NCBI GenBank assembly: GCA_038116985.1
Contig: JAYOEZ010000008.1
Coordinates: 671-64,670 of the forward strand
Source: Alphaproteobacteria bacterium
GTDB lineage: Bacteria; Pseudomonadota; Alphaproteobacteria; SHVP01
Direction: 5' to 3'
Length of the DNA: 64,000 nucleotides
Positions within the stretch are counted from its first letter, which is position 1, and each line of letters begins with the position of its first letter. Below, piece by piece: positions 21,469 through 32,944 of the stretch. Both the position numbers and the translations under genes were made by a program. Under the pieces are notes generated by a model. That model did not search any database and was not told the origin of the DNA. It worked only from the letters and a program-made list of their open reading frames with translations.

Positions 21469-22136
21469 GCCCTAAACCTGTCTTGCTGAGCTGGAGCAGC
21501 GGAAAGGACAGCGCCTGGGTGCTGCACATTCTGCAGCAGGACGCCAGTATTTCGCTGGCCGGCTTGCTGACAACCGTCACCGAGCCATACGACCGCGTTT
21601 CGATGCATGGTGTGCGGCGCGACATACTGGCCGCGCAGGCGCAGGCCGCCGGTCTGCCCTTGATTGAGGTCCCGATTCCCTCGCCGTGTCCCAACGACGT
21701 CTATGAGGCGCGAATGTTGGCCGCGATGAACGATGTGCGCGCGAAGGGGATAGATACGGTCGCCTTCGGCGATCTCTTTCTTGAAGACGTGCGGGACTAT
21801 CGAGTGCGGAATCTGGCCAAGGTCGAGATGGCAGCCTTGTTTCCGCTCTGGCAGAGGCCAACGCCAGCGCTTGCCACAGAAATGGTGGCTGGCGGTCTTG
21901 AGGCCGTTGTTGTCTGCGTCGATCCCCGGCAACTCGATCCGTCTTTCTGCGGACGGCGCTTTGATGCGGCGTTTATCACCGACCTGCCCGAAGGGGTCGA
22001 CCCCTGTGGCGAGAACGGCGAGTTTCACACGCTCGTCTGCGGCGGGCCGATGTTCCAGGCACCTGTTGGCGTTTCCGTTGGAGAGACGGTGGAGAGGGAC
22101 GGTTTCGTCTTTACGAATGTAGCGTTGGACAGCTAG
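21465..22136 (+). CDS. PP-loop adenine nucleotide alpha-hydrolase (MJ0570/Dph6-related ATP pyrophosphatase family)
   Basis: TTG start in a TTGA overlap with the recR stop. PP-loop-like [12 protein letters not shown]; C-terminal GENGEFHT motif. Confidence 0.65.
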   Translation: MSPKPVLLSWSSGKDSAWVLHILQQDASISLAGLLTTVTEPYDRVSMHGVRRDILAAQAQAAGLPLIEVPIPSPCPNDVYEARMLAAMNDVRAKGIDTVAFGDLFLEDVRDYRVRNLAKVEMAALFPLWQRPTPALATEMVAGGLEAVVVCVDPRQLDPSFCGRRFDAAFITDLPEGVDPCGENGEFHTLVCGGPMFQAPVGVSVGETVERDGFVFTNVALDS

Positions 22137-23332
22137 TCGGCGCCGCGCAGGGTACCCGATATCCGTCCCGTACTTTGCTCTGATGCTTCTTGGCCTGGCT
22201 TGTCGAACGGGAGCTGCTCGTCGTCTACGGGCTTGTCGTCGTCGCTCTCCAGTTGAAGTTCACCGATGCGCTCGCCGCGCCGCAAGACCTTGTCGGTTGA
22301 GATGCGGATCTTGCGCACATCGTCGACCGTCTGCCCGAAATGACGCTCAAGCGCACCCACCCGGTCGTCCAGTCGCCCTGCATCCTCAAGAAGCAGCCCG
22401 ACCTGGGTCTGAATCACGTCGGCCTGCTCGCGCATCTTCACGTCCTTGAGGACGGCGCGCACGGTGTTAAGCAGCGCCCACATCGTCGTCGGTGAAACGA
22501 TCCATACGCGCAGCTTGTAGGATTCGTCGACCACCTCGGCGAGCGAAGCGTGTATCTCGGCATAAACGGCTTCGGACGGCACGAACATGATTGCCGACTC
22601 GGCCGTCTCGCCGGCAACAATATACCGCGCAGCGATATCACGGATGTGCTTCTGCATGTCGCCGCGGAACTTGCGTAGCGCAATCAGGCGCTCTGGTTCG
22701 TTTCCTGCCGCGCGCAGCGCCTGGTAGCTTTCGAGCGGAAACTTCGCGTCGACTGCAATAGGGCCAGGCGGGCGTGGCATCCGGATCAAACAATCCGGTC
22801 GCGTGCCGTTGCCCAGCGTTTTCTGCAGATCGAACGCCGACGGCGGCAAGATGTTGCGAACGATGTCGCCTAGCTGAACCTCGCCAAACGCGCCGCGTGC
22901 CTGTTTGTTGGCGAGAAGATCCTGGAGCCCAACGACCTGGGTCGAGAGTTCGGTGATGTTCTTCTGCGCCTCGTCGATCTTCTGAAGGTGCTTGCGTAGT
23001 TCGCCTAGGCTCTCGGCTGTTCGCACCGATGTCGTTTCCAGAGATTGCCGCATCTGCGTCGAAACGTTGTCGAGGCGTTCGTTCAGCGTACGGGTCATGG
23101 ATTCCTGCAGCGACGCGGAAGAATCCGCCATCGCCCTGATCTGGCCGAGGACCTCCGACTGTGCCTGGGTCAGACCTGCGGTTGTCATGCCGATTTCAGC
23201 GAGTTTCCTATCCGTTGTGCGTTCACGCGCGCGCAGGCGCCCGGTCAGAAAAAGCCCCAGAATGACGACGAGCGCGAGCGCGACGATCGCCGGTAGCCAT
23301 GGGTAGGACTGCAGGATTTCCCCTAACGACAT
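22133..23332 (-). CDS. rmuC: DNA recombination protein RmuC
   Basis: N-terminal TM helix, long coiled coil, C-terminal RmuC nuclease-like domain (IMFVPSEAVYAE). Confidence 0.9.
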   Translation of the reverse strand: MSLGEILQSYPWLPAIVALALVVILGLFLTGRLRARERTTDRKLAEIGMTTAGLTQAQSEVLGQIRAMADSSASLQESMTRTLNERLDNVSTQMRQSLETTSVRTAESLGELRKHLQKIDEAQKNITELSTQVVGLQDLLANKQARGAFGEVQLGDIVRNILPPSAFDLQKTLGNGTRPDCLIRMPRPPGPIAVDAKFPLESYQALRAAGNEPERLIALRKFRGDMQKHIRDIAARYIVAGETAESAIMFVPSEAVYAEIHASLAEVVDESYKLRVWIVSPTTMWALLNTVRAVLKDVKMREQADVIQTQVGLLLEDAGRLDDRVGALERHFGQTVDDVRKIRISTDKVLRRGERIGELQLESDDDKPVDDEQLPFDKPGQEASEQSTGRISGTLRGAD

Positions 23333-23375
23333 GGACGCACCATAGCACCAATCCGTTGCCGATCGGGGCGGCGGC

Positions 23376-23404
23376 TTGACCCCTAGCGGGAGGATGCCTA
23401 GTTA
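23376..23404 (+). promoter_or_regulatory. Candidate sigma70-type promoter for def-fmt-truA
   Basis: TTGACC - 17 nt - TAGTTA, ending 18 nt before the def ATG. Confidence 0.3.
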
Positions 23405-23422
23405 GTGCCCCGGATTCGGAAC

Positions 23423-23941
23423 ATGGCCATTCTTCCCATCATCACCGCACCCGACCCCGTTCTGCGGCAAACCTCGCAACCCGTGCACTCTGTGGACGAC
23501 GATCTGCGCCGTCTTATGGACGACATGCTGGAGACGATGTACGCGGCGCCGGGCGTGGGTCTGTCGGCGATCCAGGTTGGCATACCCAAGCGCGTGGTCG
23601 TCGTCGACACGGCGCGCGACCCGGATCCGCCCAACCCGATTCGCCTAGTCAACCCAGAGATTGTCTGGCAGGCCAATACGGCGATGCCCCACGACGAGGG
23701 CTGCCTGTCATTTCCCGACCAGTACGAGGAGGTCGAGCGTTCGACCGAGGTCAAGGTGCGCTACGTCGACGAGAATGGCGAGATCAGGACCATCGAGGCG
23801 CAAGGGCTCCTGGCCATCGCGCTCCAGCACGAGATTGACCACCTCGACGGTGTTCTTCTGGTCGATCATCTGTCGAAGATAAAGCGGAACATCATCATGC
23901 GGCGGATGAAGAAGGCTCGGCGCCTCCAGGCGGCGGAGTAA
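23423..23941 (+). CDS. def: Peptide deformylase
   Basis: GVGLSAIQVG, EGCLS and HEIDH motifs. Trimmed to ATG 23423. Confidence 0.9.
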   Translation: MAILPIITAPDPVLRQTSQPVHSVDDDLRRLMDDMLETMYAAPGVGLSAIQVGIPKRVVVVDTARDPDPPNPIRLVNPEIVWQANTAMPHDEGCLSFPDQYEEVERSTEVKVRYVDENGEIRTIEAQGLLAIALQHEIDHLDGVLLVDHLSKIKRNIIMRRMKKARRLQAAE

Positions 23942-23944
23942 AGA

Positions 23945-24865
23945 ATGAGCCCCATGAAGGTGGTCTTCATGGGAACGCCGGACTTTGCGGTGCCGACGCT
24001 TGAGGCGCTGCTCGAAACACAGGACGTCGTTGCGGTCTACAGCCAGCCGCCCCGTCCGGCAGGCAGGGGCCATCGCGAGCAATTGTCGCCCGTGCACAAA
24101 CTGGCCGAGGCCAGGGGCATTCCGGTCCACACGCCCAAGAGCCTGAAACGCGAAGATGCGCAGCGCACATTCGCCGCGCATACGGCCGACATCGCCGTCG
24201 TCGCCGCCTACGGATTGATTCTTCCGCCGCCAGTTCTGTCCGCGCCGCGCCTGGGATGCGTCAACGTTCATGCCTCGCTCTTGCCCCGCTGGCGTGGCGC
24301 GGCGCCGATTCAGCGCGCCATCCTCGCCGGCGACACCGAGACCGGCGTGTGCCTCATGAAAATGGAAGCGGGCCTTGATACGGGTCCGGTCTTTACCTGC
24401 CGCCGCGTGCCGATCGACGCGCGCACCACCGCCGGTGCCCTGCACGACCGGCTCGCGGCGCTGGGTGGCGACATGATCCGTGAGAACCTGCCGGCCATAG
24501 AAAGCGGCGCTTTGGTGCCCGAACCGCAGTCCAAGGACGGCGTCACGTACGCCGCCAAGATCGAGCGCGCCGAAACCCGGATCGTCTGGCGCGAGCCGGC
24601 GGACGCGGTGGTGCGACAGATCAATGGCTTCGCTCCGGTCCCAGGCGCGTGGAGCGAAGCCGGCGGCGCGCGTTTGAAAATCCTTGGGGCCCACGTCGAC
24701 AGCGGTCGGGGTGAGGCAGGCATGGTGCTGGATGACGCGCTCCTGGTCGCCTGCGGGAGTGGCGCTATCCGGATCGATACGATTCAGGAGGCGGGACGCA
24801 AGCCGCTAGCCGCCAAAGAGTTTCTGCGCGGACATGCCGTTGCCGCGGGAACGGTTTTCGTCTGA
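23945..24865 (+). CDS. fmt: Methionyl-tRNA formyltransferase
   Basis: VVFMGTPDFAVPTL; HASLLPRWRGAAPIQRAI. Confidence 0.95.
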   Translation: MSPMKVVFMGTPDFAVPTLEALLETQDVVAVYSQPPRPAGRGHREQLSPVHKLAEARGIPVHTPKSLKREDAQRTFAAHTADIAVVAAYGLILPPPVLSAPRLGCVNVHASLLPRWRGAAPIQRAILAGDTETGVCLMKMEAGLDTGPVFTCRRVPIDARTTAGALHDRLAALGGDMIRENLPAIESGALVPEPQSKDGVTYAAKIERAETRIVWREPADAVVRQINGFAPVPGAWSEAGGARLKILGAHVDSGRGEAGMVLDDALLVACGSGAIRIDTIQEAGRKPLAAKEFLRGHAVAAGTVFV

Positions 24866-25605
24866 TGCCGCGGTACAAGCTGACGATCGAGTACGACGGC
24901 GGCCCCTTCGTCGGTTGGCAACGACAGGACAATGGTCCGTCGATCCAGGGTGAGATCGAATCCGCGATACAGTCGTTCGCCGGTGAGGACGCATCTCTAT
25001 ACGGCGCCGGGAGAACCGATGCCGGGGTTCATGCGTGGGGGCAGGTCGCGCATGTCGACATCGCGCGCAATCACGACAGCGACACGGTACGCGATGCACT
25101 GAACTACTATCTCAAGGAACATCCAATCTCGATCGTTGGGGCTGAGTTGGTAAGCGAGGACTTTCATGCCCGCTTCTCGGCAACACGGCGATCCTACGTC
25201 TATCTCATTCTGTCGCGACGGGCTCCGCCGGCCATTGATCGCCGCCGCGTCTGGCATGTTCCCGTCGATCTCGACGCTGGGCTGATGAACGACGCCGCCC
25301 GACGGCTGCTTGGCCGCCACGACTTCACGTCGTTTCGGGCCAGTCAGTGCCAGGCCAAGTCGCCGGTAAAGACTCTCGACGTACTGCGGTTCGAACGCGA
25401 CGGCGAACGGCTTGTTGTCACCGTTGAGGCGCGGTCGTTCCTGCATAACCAGGTTCGCGCGATGGTGGGGTCGCTGAAGCTTGTTGGCGAAGGCAAGTGG
25501 TCAGCCAACGACCTTCAAGACGCGCTCGAGCGTCGTGATCGCGCGGCAGCGGGACCGACGGCCCCGGCCCACGGGCTGTACCTCAGCGCCGTGTCCTACG
25601 ACTGA
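24865..25605 (+). CDS. truA: tRNA pseudouridine(38-40) synthase
   Basis: [18 protein letters not shown]; catalytic GRTDAGVHA. Confidence 0.95.
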   Translation: MPRYKLTIEYDGGPFVGWQRQDNGPSIQGEIESAIQSFAGEDASLYGAGRTDAGVHAWGQVAHVDIARNHDSDTVRDALNYYLKEHPISIVGAELVSEDFHARFSATRRSYVYLILSRRAPPAIDRRRVWHVPVDLDAGLMNDAARRLLGRHDFTSFRASQCQAKSPVKTLDVLRFERDGERLVVTVEARSFLHNQVRAMVGSLKLVGEGKWSANDLQDALERRDRAAAGPTAPAHGLYLSAVSYD

Positions 25606-26762
25606 GGCCTGGTCTCTTCAAAGAAGGCCGTGATGACGTCGTAGTAGATGTCCGACAGCGCTTCGATGTCGGCCACCGAAACATGCTCGTCCACCTTGTG
25701 CATCGTGCTGCCGATCAACCCGAATTCGGCAACCGGTGCGATGTCCTTGATGAAGCGCGCGTCCGAGGTTCCCCCGGTTGTCGAAAGGTCGGGTTTGACG
25801 CCCAGCCGTGCCGAAATAGCGTTGGAGATGACCTCGCTCAGTCGTCCCGGCGGCGTCAGGAACGCCTCTCCGGTGATGTGGACGGCCAGGTCGTAGTTCT
25901 TGCCAACCGCGTCCAGCTTGTCCCTGACCCAGGCTTCCAGGGACGCGCCGGTGTGAAGGTCGTTGAAGCGGATGTTGATGCGGGCACGCGTTTGCGCCGG
26001 GATTACGTTCGATGCCGCGTTTCCCGTGTCGATCGAAACGACCTCGAGATTTGAAGGCTGAAAGTGTTCCGTGCCGGCGTCGAGCGGTTCGGCCTTTAGC
26101 GCCGCGAGCATGCGCACCAGGGGTGTGATCGGGTTGTCGGCCAGGTGCGGGTAGGCGACATGGCCCTGCACGCCGCGCACAACCAGATCGAGCATCATGG
26201 AGCCGCGCCGCCCGATCTTGATCATCTCGCCGAGGCGGTCGGGATTTGTCGGCTCGCCGACGAGACAGGCGTCGATCTGTTCGCCGCGTTCCTGCAGCCA
26301 CTCGACGACCTTCTTGGTGCCGTTGATCGCGGGTCCTTCCTCGTCGCCCGTGATCAACAGACTTAGCGAGCCGCCGAAAGTCCTGTTGTCCTCCAGGAAA
26401 CGGGCCGTCGCCGCCGCGAAGGCGGCGATCGCGCTCTTCATGTCGGAGGCGCCGCGTCCGTACAGGACTCCGTCGCGCACCTCGCCGGCGAACGGATCCG
26501 ATGTCCAAGCCTCCCGGTCGCCGACGGGCACAACATCGGTATGTCCCGCAAAACAGAGATTCGGCCCCGTCGTGCCGCGCCGCGCGTAGAGATTGTCGAT
26601 CGGATCGCTGTCACCGCCGCCAAACGTTAGACGATGACACTCGAAACCTAGCGGCTCGAGAGCGCCCTGCAGGACATCGAGCGCGCCGCCATCGGCCGGG
26701 GTCACGCTGTTGCAGCGGATCATCGCCTGCGACAAGCCCAGCGCATCGATGGGTGCGACCAT
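25596..26762 (-). CDS. dapE: Succinyl-diaminopimelate desuccinylase
   Basis: M20 motifs [20 protein letters not shown]. Adjacent to dapD. Confidence 0.9.
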   Translation of the reverse strand: MVAPIDALGLSQAMIRCNSVTPADGGALDVLQGALEPLGFECHRLTFGGGDSDPIDNLYARRGTTGPNLCFAGHTDVVPVGDREAWTSDPFAGEVRDGVLYGRGASDMKSAIAAFAAATARFLEDNRTFGGSLSLLITGDEEGPAINGTKKVVEWLQERGEQIDACLVGEPTNPDRLGEMIKIGRRGSMMLDLVVRGVQGHVAYPHLADNPITPLVRMLAALKAEPLDAGTEHFQPSNLEVVSIDTGNAASNVIPAQTRARINIRFNDLHTGASLEAWVRDKLDAVGKNYDLAVHITGEAFLTPPGRLSEVISNAISARLGVKPDLSTTGGTSDARFIKDIAPVAEFGLIGSTMHKVDEHVSVADIEALSDIYYDVITAFFEETRPQS

Positions 26763-26776
26763 CGTTTGCGTCCTTG

Positions 26777-27619
26777 CTAGTCCCGCAACAATTCGTTGAC
26801 GGAGGTCTTCGAACGCGTTTGTTCGTCGACACGCTTGACGATGACTGCGCAGGATAGCGACGGCCCGGGCTCACCGTTCGGTAACGGCTTGGCAGGTAAC
26901 GATCCCGGCACCACGACCGAATAGGCCGGGACGCGTCCGCGGATCACCTCGCCTGTCGTGCGGTCAACGATCTTGGTACTGGCGCCAATGAATACACCCA
27001 TCGAGAGCACGGCGCCGCGTTCGACAATCACGCCCTCCGCGACCTCCGACCTGGCGCCGATAAAGCAGCCGTCCTCGATGACCACCGGGTTGGCCTGGAG
27101 CGGCTCGAGCACGCCGCCGATTCCGGCTCCGCCGGAGATGTGGCAGTTCTTTCCGATCTGCGCGCAGCTCCCGACAGTTGCCCACGTGTCGACCATGGTG
27201 CCGTCGTCGACATAGGCGCCCAGATTCACGAATGACGGCATCAGCACGACGCCCTTGCCGATGTATGCGGAATGACGCACGACGCAGTTCGGAACCGCGC
27301 GCAGCCCGGCTTGCGCGAAGCGCTGGCCGTCCCAGCCGGCGAACTTCGACGGGACTTTGTCGAACCAGGCGGTGTCTCCCCCTGGGCCGCCTGGGATTGG
27401 CTCCATGTCGTTCAGGCGGAAGGAGAGCAGAACGGCCTTCTTGAGCCATTGGTTCACGTGCCAGCCGTCGTCCCGGGGTTCAGCGACACGCATTTCACCG
27501 CTGTCGAGCGCGGCAAGCGCCGCCGCTACGGCATCGCGTACGGGACCCTTGGTCGTCGTGCCAATACCGTCGCGCGCCTCCCAGGCCTCGTCGATAATCT
27601 CTTCCAGGGAATCGGTCAT
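26777..27619 (-). CDS. dapD: 2,3,4,5-tetrahydropyridine-2,6-dicarboxylate N-succinyltransferase
   Basis: Left-handed beta-helix hexapeptide repeats ([36 protein letters not shown]). Trimmed to ATG 27619. Confidence 0.9.
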   Translation of the reverse strand: MTDSLEEIIDEAWEARDGIGTTTKGPVRDAVAAALAALDSGEMRVAEPRDDGWHVNQWLKKAVLLSFRLNDMEPIPGGPGGDTAWFDKVPSKFAGWDGQRFAQAGLRAVPNCVVRHSAYIGKGVVLMPSFVNLGAYVDDGTMVDTWATVGSCAQIGKNCHISGGAGIGGVLEPLQANPVVIEDGCFIGARSEVAEGVIVERGAVLSMGVFIGASTKIVDRTTGEVIRGRVPAYSVVVPGSLPAKPLPNGEPGPSLSCAVIVKRVDEQTRSKTSVNELLRD

Positions 27620-27671
27620 GTCTGGTCCCGTTTTTGTTCGCGATCGCAACATAGTCGCGGGCTGGTAGGTG

Positions 27672-28340
27672 TCAATCTCTCGCGCCTATGCGTTCCATGA
27701 GCCACCGGGCGAGGTTGTCGGTGACCGCGTCGGCCCCCTCCGAGCCATCGGTCTGCGTCGTTCCGGTCACAAGAACGGTGAGCATGCCGAGCGCCTTGGC
27801 CGGCTTCAGATTCTGCGGCATGTCCTCGACTAGTGCGGTTTGGCCGGGAGCCAGCCCATAGCGCTCGACGACCGCGCCGTAGGGCGCGGGGTTTGGTTTA
27901 GGGACGAAGTCGGCGTCAGCGATGTCGAAGACGCCGAGGAAAAGGTCGGTGATGTCCAGCCGGTCGGTGACCTTTCTCGCATGTGCGGCCGTGCCGTTTG
28001 TGAAGATGAACTTGCGCCCCGGCAACGCCCGCAACGCCGACGCAAGTATCTCGTCGTGCTTGACGACCGTGTAGTCCACGTCATGCACGAATTCGAGAAA
28101 GTCATAGGGATCGGCGTGGTACTCCCGCATGAGGCCTGCCAGCGTCGATCCATGCTCGGCGCGATAGCGCAACTGCATCCTCTGGCCTTCGTCCTCTGCA
28201 AAGCCAAGAACCTCGCGAAGATACAGCCCAATCCGCGCGCGCACCTGCTCGAACAATCCGGTTTGCGGCACGTACAACGTGTTGTCCAGATCGAACAACC
28301 AGGCATCAGGTTGGCCGAAATTCCCTAAATTTTTCGCCAT
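27672..28340 (-). CDS. Pyrimidine 5'-nucleotidase (HAD superfamily, subfamily IA)
   Basis: [10 protein letters not shown] motif I; FTNG; KP..PY..; EDM motif IV region. Confidence 0.75.
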   Translation of the reverse strand: MAKNLGNFGQPDAWLFDLDNTLYVPQTGLFEQVRARIGLYLREVLGFAEDEGQRMQLRYRAEHGSTLAGLMREYHADPYDFLEFVHDVDYTVVKHDEILASALRALPGRKFIFTNGTAAHARKVTDRLDITDLFLGVFDIADADFVPKPNPAPYGAVVERYGLAPGQTALVEDMPQNLKPAKALGMLTVLVTGTTQTDGSEGADAVTDNLARWLMERIGARD

Positions 28341-28402
28341 TTTCAGAGTTTTGGAATCAACTTGCCGACCCGGTTAAATGCAGGCACTTTGGCCTGAGCC
28401 AG

Positions 28403-30115
28403 ATGACCTCTCAAGAAGACAGAATACAGGAGAACCTGGGAATAGACGCCGAGGCTGTCCTTGGCACGTATCCAGGTCCCGCATTGCTCTTCTCACATGA
28501 GGGGCAGGTTCTGGCCGCGAACCGCGCCGGCAATGCGGCAGCCGAGACGCTGACGCGCCGCGGTGATCAATTGGTTCAGTCCAAGGTTCTCAGGACCGCG
28601 CAGGACGGCGCGGTCGGAACCTGCTCTTTGTTGATCGATGGCGGTAGGGCGGATGAAGCCGTGGAGTTCGTCCTCGTGCCACTTGTCGGGACGGGCAAGC
28701 AGGTCAGTCATGTCATCGCGTTCGGAAAGCAGGCGGAGCTCGAGCAGAGTCTCATGGGCGCGCTTGTCGCATCTCGCCAGATGTTCAAGGACCTGGTCGA
28801 GTGTTCGTCCGACTTCACTTGGGAGACCAAGTCCGATCGAACCTTCTCGTATGTTTCAAACCGCGGCGCCTTGGGATTCACGGCGAGCGAGCTTATTGGC
28901 GCCGACGCGGCCAGCATCCTCGATGCGGACGAGCAGGATGCTGTCATTGCATTCTCTGGTACCGACACGATCGAAGATCTCGAAGTCTGGGTGCGCGATG
29001 CGGCCGGTGAACCGGTCTGTCTTGCCGTATCGTCGCGGCCGGTGCTCGATGAGGATGGTCGCTGGGTCGGCAACCGTGGCGTCTGCAAGGACGTTACCGT
29101 CGAAAAGCGCCGGGAGCGCGACCTCGAGAATGCCGACCTTCGCCAGCAATTGCTCGGCGAAGTCGTCGACGCCATGCGCAACGAAGCCGAGCCTCAACAC
29201 ATGCTCGGTGCCGCAGCGCGATCGACGGCTCAAGTTCTAGGTGCCAGATACTGCTGGATCGTCAGGGCGCGCCGTGACGCCACGTTCACAGGTGCCGTCC
29301 AGTTTGCAGGGCCTGAGGGGCCGCCGCCACGTCCCATCGTCGAGGCGGTTCGTTTGCAACTGCGCGACAGTGACGAAGAGCTCTTCGTGAAGACAGAGGA
29401 TGCGACGCTGCACGTCCTGGTGCATGTCGCACGCTACCGAGGGCGGGTTAACGGCGCGATCTGCGTTGCTAGGGATGATGACGCGTATTGGAACGAATCG
29501 GATCGCGGCTTGCTGAACGGCGTTGCCAACCATCTCGGCATCGCATTCGCCCAGATCGAGAACGGCGAACTGCTTGAGGAGCTGTCGCGTACCGACGAAC
29601 TGACGCAACTGTTCAATCGCCGCGCCTTTGGCGAAGAGGTCGGTCTTCGCCTCCGGGCGCTCCGCCGGACCTCGCGCAAAGCCTCGTTGCTGTTCATTGA
29701 TCTCGACAACTTCAAGCGGGTCAATGACGTACACGGTCACAAACGCGGCGACGATGCGCTGATCTTCCTGGCGCAGCTTCTCACCTCTACCAGCCGCGTT
29801 GGTGACATCGTGGCGCGGCTCGGCGGCGACGAGTTCGCGATGTGGCTCGAAGACACCGACGAGCAGGCCGCCGCCTCCAAGGCCGAGTCCATCCTTGTCG
29901 AGTGCCGGGCGCTCAAGCAGTTCTCGGGCGACGCGGATCACCCTCTTGGGGTGTCGATCGGTGTTGCGGTCACGGACCCGAGCTCGGAGGAACCGCTCGA
30001 TGGACTCGTCACGCGCGCCGACGAGGCCATGTACCGGGCCAAGCGCGCCGGCAAGGGTCAGTACGCCGTGTCGGTTCCCTCGACGCTGCAGGACGTCGAA
30101 GGCCAGGCGTCATAG
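28403..30115 (+). CDS. Diguanylate cyclase with N-terminal PAS and GAF-like sensor domains
   Basis: Intact RLGGDEFAMW active site with an RVGD I-site 5 residues upstream. LTQLFNRRAF linker. Confidence 0.85.
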   Translation: MTSQEDRIQENLGIDAEAVLGTYPGPALLFSHEGQVLAANRAGNAAAETLTRRGDQLVQSKVLRTAQDGAVGTCSLLIDGGRADEAVEFVLVPLVGTGKQVSHVIAFGKQAELEQSLMGALVASRQMFKDLVECSSDFTWETKSDRTFSYVSNRGALGFTASELIGADAASILDADEQDAVIAFSGTDTIEDLEVWVRDAAGEPVCLAVSSRPVLDEDGRWVGNRGVCKDVTVEKRRERDLENADLRQQLLGEVVDAMRNEAEPQHMLGAAARSTAQVLGARYCWIVRARRDATFTGAVQFAGPEGPPPRPIVEAVRLQLRDSDEELFVKTEDATLHVLVHVARYRGRVNGAICVARDDDAYWNESDRGLLNGVANHLGIAFAQIENGELLEELSRTDELTQLFNRRAFGEEVGLRLRALRRTSRKASLLFIDLDNFKRVNDVHGHKRGDDALIFLAQLLTSTSRVGDIVARLGGDEFAMWLEDTDEQAAASKAESILVECRALKQFSGDADHPLGVSIGVAVTDPSSEEPLDGLVTRADEAMYRAKRAGKGQYAVSVPSTLQDVEGQAS

Positions 30116-30153
30116 ATCGCCTCTTCGGCCTGGCCGGGGGCAGGACAACCGCG

Positions 30154-31389
30154 ATGACCTACGATCAGGACAAGGAAGTCGCCCGCCACCCTGACGCCAA
30201 GGTGCGCCTAGATCTAGCGCGCCGGCCGGACGCCAAGCCTGAGATTCTCTACTTTCTCGCGGCCGACACGTCGGTCGACGTCCGTCGTGCCGTGGCCGAG
30301 AACCCCGTGTCGCCGCGCCGGGCGGACCAGCTTTTGGTCACGGATGCCGACGAAGATGTCCGAATTATCTTGGCGCGAAAGATCGGCCGCCTCATTCCCG
30401 ACCTCGACGAGACCGAAAGCGACCGCCTGCAGGACATGACGCTGAGCATTCTCTCGACGCTTGCCAGCGACCAGCTTCCCGCCATCCGCCGCATCATCTC
30501 CGAAGAGATCAGATCCGCAGCGAATGTGCCGCGCGAGGTTGTCGCCAGATTGGCGCGCGATGTGGAGGCGGCCGTCAGCACGCCGGTCCTCCAGTACTCT
30601 GTCCTGCTCACCGACGAGGACCTGCTGGAGATCGTTGCAAACGCCCGGCAACCGGAGGTGCTTTCCGCGGTGTCCCGTCGCGAGCAGTTGAGCCCGACCG
30701 TTTGTGAGGCGATCGTTTCAACGGGAAACTCCGGCGCAATTGCGTCGCTGCTCGACAATCACGGCGCCCAGATTCGCGAGGACACGCTGGATCAAATCAT
30801 CGGTGCCGCGCCCAAACAGCCGTCATGGCATCGCCCGCTCGTTGGCCGGCCCCATCTGTCTTCGTCCGCGGTCCGTCGCATTGCTGGCTTCGTTGCATCG
30901 GCACTCCTCGACGAACTTGCCGCCCGCGCAGATCTCGATCCCGAGACCGAGAAGTACGTACGGCAGCGCGTCAAGGAGCGCCTGAAAGAGGAGCAGGGGA
31001 TCGCCGCGGAGGACGAGCAAGCCACGCGAGCGCGCGTCAAAATGGTAGAGATGTCGGGAAAGCTGGATGAGGATGCCATCACGAGTGCGGCGAAACAGGA
31101 TGACGTTGTCTTTGTCGAGCAAGCCCTGTCGCTGAAGTCGAAGATTCCGGCGGACGCTGTCCGCGCCATCCTGCACACACGAAGCGCTCGTCCGCTGACA
31201 GCCCTGTGCTGGAAGGCAAATGTGTCGATGCGCACCTCGGTCGCACTGCAGCGCGGCCTCTTCAAGCTACGGTCGACCGATGTCCTTAATCCGCGAGGCG
31301 GGTCAGATTTCCCAATGACGGAGGAGGAGATGAACTGGTATGTCGCCTACTTCCGGTCTGATTTGGCCGCTCAGACGACCGACGCCTAG
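30154..31389 (+). CDS. DUF2336-type protein with HEAT-like repeats
   Basis: ORF 29842..31389 trimmed to ATG 30154 because the upstream part overlaps the cyclase gene. Repeated D..VR..VAENP / [12 protein letters not shown] helical-repeat pattern. Confidence 0.7.
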   Translation: MTYDQDKEVARHPDAKVRLDLARRPDAKPEILYFLAADTSVDVRRAVAENPVSPRRADQLLVTDADEDVRIILARKIGRLIPDLDETESDRLQDMTLSILSTLASDQLPAIRRIISEEIRSAANVPREVVARLARDVEAAVSTPVLQYSVLLTDEDLLEIVANARQPEVLSAVSRREQLSPTVCEAIVSTGNSGAIASLLDNHGAQIREDTLDQIIGAAPKQPSWHRPLVGRPHLSSSAVRRIAGFVASALLDELAARADLDPETEKYVRQRVKERLKEEQGIAAEDEQATRARVKMVEMSGKLDEDAITSAAKQDDVVFVEQALSLKSKIPADAVRAILHTRSARPLTALCWKANVSMRTSVALQRGLFKLRSTDVLNPRGGSDFPMTEEEMNWYVAYFRSDLAAQTTDA

Positions 31390-32288
31390 CTGGCGCTGAT
31401 CATCGTACCGACGCCGTGCTCGGTGAAGATTTCTAGAAGGAGCACGTGCTTTGTCCGTCCGTTGAGAATATGCACGGCATGAGTTCCAGCCCGCACAGCG
31501 CTCAGGCAAGTCTCGACCTTTGGGATCATGCCGCCATGGATGGTGCCGTCTTTGATGAGCGCCTCAACCTCGCTTTCGGTGAGCGCAGGAATGAGCGTGC
31601 CCGACTTGTCGAGGACGCCTTCGACGTCCGTCAACATCAGCAGCTTCGAGGCGCCCAGCGCGCCCGCAATGGCGCCGGCCGCAGTGTCGGCGTTGATATT
31701 GTAGGTCTCGCCGTCCGGACCGACGCCGATCGGAGCGACGATCGGGATGATGTCCGACTGGCGCAGGACGTCCAGCGTCTTGGTGTTGATTTTGGCCGGC
31801 TCGCCGACGAATCCAAGGTCCAGCACTTTCTCGATCGCCGATTCTGGGTCCCGCACCGTACGGCGCAGTTGCCGCGCTTCGATCAGGCGGCCATCCTTCC
31901 CCGACAGTCCAAGTGCAATGCCGCCCGCCCGGTGAATGCTGTCGACGATCTGCTTGTTGATCGAACCGGCGAGCACCATTTCGACGACATCGACGGTCTT
32001 GCGGTCGGTGATCCGTAGTCCGTCGACGAAGGTACTCTCGATCTGAAGCCGCTCGAGCATGGCGCCGATTTGCGGGCCGCCGCCGTGCACGACGACCGGA
32101 TTGATCCCGACCTGCTTGAGCAAAACGATGTCCTGCGCGAACGACAACGCGAGTTCGTCGTCGCCCATGGCGTGGCCGCCGAACTTGACGACGAACGTCT
32201 GGTCGTTGAACTCCCGCATGTACGGGAGCGCCTCGGCCAATGTCTTTGCCTTCTCGGCGAACTGGGATGATGAAAGCGTTTCCGGCAT
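31386..32288 (-). CDS. argB: Acetylglutamate kinase
   Basis: ALPYMREF...VVKFGGHAM; [10 protein letters not shown]. Confidence 0.95.
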   Translation of the reverse strand: MPETLSSSQFAEKAKTLAEALPYMREFNDQTFVVKFGGHAMGDDELALSFAQDIVLLKQVGINPVVVHGGGPQIGAMLERLQIESTFVDGLRITDRKTVDVVEMVLAGSINKQIVDSIHRAGGIALGLSGKDGRLIEARQLRRTVRDPESAIEKVLDLGFVGEPAKINTKTLDVLRQSDIIPIVAPIGVGPDGETYNINADTAAGAIAGALGASKLLMLTDVEGVLDKSGTLIPALTESEVEALIKDGTIHGGMIPKVETCLSAVRAGTHAVHILNGRTKHVLLLEIFTEHGVGTMISAS

Positions 32289-32306
32289 GCGGCGCTTATA
32301 GCCCAA

Positions 32307-32939
32307 TCACCCGTTCGCAGCCAGATCGGCCAATGACGCGCGAAGCGCCTCGATTCCGTCCCCGCGCTGCGCGCTGGTGGGGATGATCTCGCGATATGCC
32401 GACGGAAATCGTTCGAGGTAGGGCGCAATCAGGCCGGCGAAGGCATCGCGTTCGGCCTGTTTTAGTGCGTCGAACTTGGTCGGTACGATCTGAAAGGACA
32501 AGCCGAGAACGCCGAGTGTTTCCATCCAGCTAAGGTCCGGTTCCATCACACCGCGGCGCGCGTCGATCAGAACGACAACGCGTTGCAACTCAGACCGCGT
32601 TTGAAGGTATGTCTCGATGAGGCGTGTCCAGGCGGCAATGCTCTTTTTCGAAGCGCGCGCGTATCCGTAGCCCGGCAGGTCAACGAGGGATAGGCGGTCG
32701 GCGAGGCTGAAGAAGTTGAGGGTTTGCGTGCGTCCCGGCTGGCTCGAAGTCCGCGCGAGATTCTTCCTGTTGGTCAGGGCGTTAAGAAGGCTCGACTTGC
32801 CGACGTTGGACCGCCCGGAGAAGGCGATCTCCGGCAGCCCCAGATGGGGGATGTTCTCAGGGCCAGTGGCGGCGCCGACAAAACGGCATTCCTGGAAGAA
32901 GAGGCGTGTTCCCGTCCCGTTTTCGTCGCGACCGGGCAC
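32307..32939 (-). CDS. engB: Ribosome biogenesis GTP-binding protein YihA/YsxC (EngB)
   Basis: G1 GRSNVGKSSLLNAL, G3 DLPGYGYA, G4 TKFD. Trimmed to GTG 32939 just downstream of the yidC stop. Confidence 0.85.
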   Translation of the reverse strand: MPGRDENGTGTRLFFQECRFVGAATGPENIPHLGLPEIAFSGRSNVGKSSLLNALTNRKNLARTSSQPGRTQTLNFFSLADRLSLVDLPGYGYARASKKSIAAWTRLIETYLQTRSELQRVVVLIDARRGVMEPDLSWMETLGVLGLSFQIVPTKFDALKQAERDAFAGLIAPYLERFPSAYREIIPTSAQRGDGIEALRASLADLAANG

Positions 32940-32944
32940 GATGC

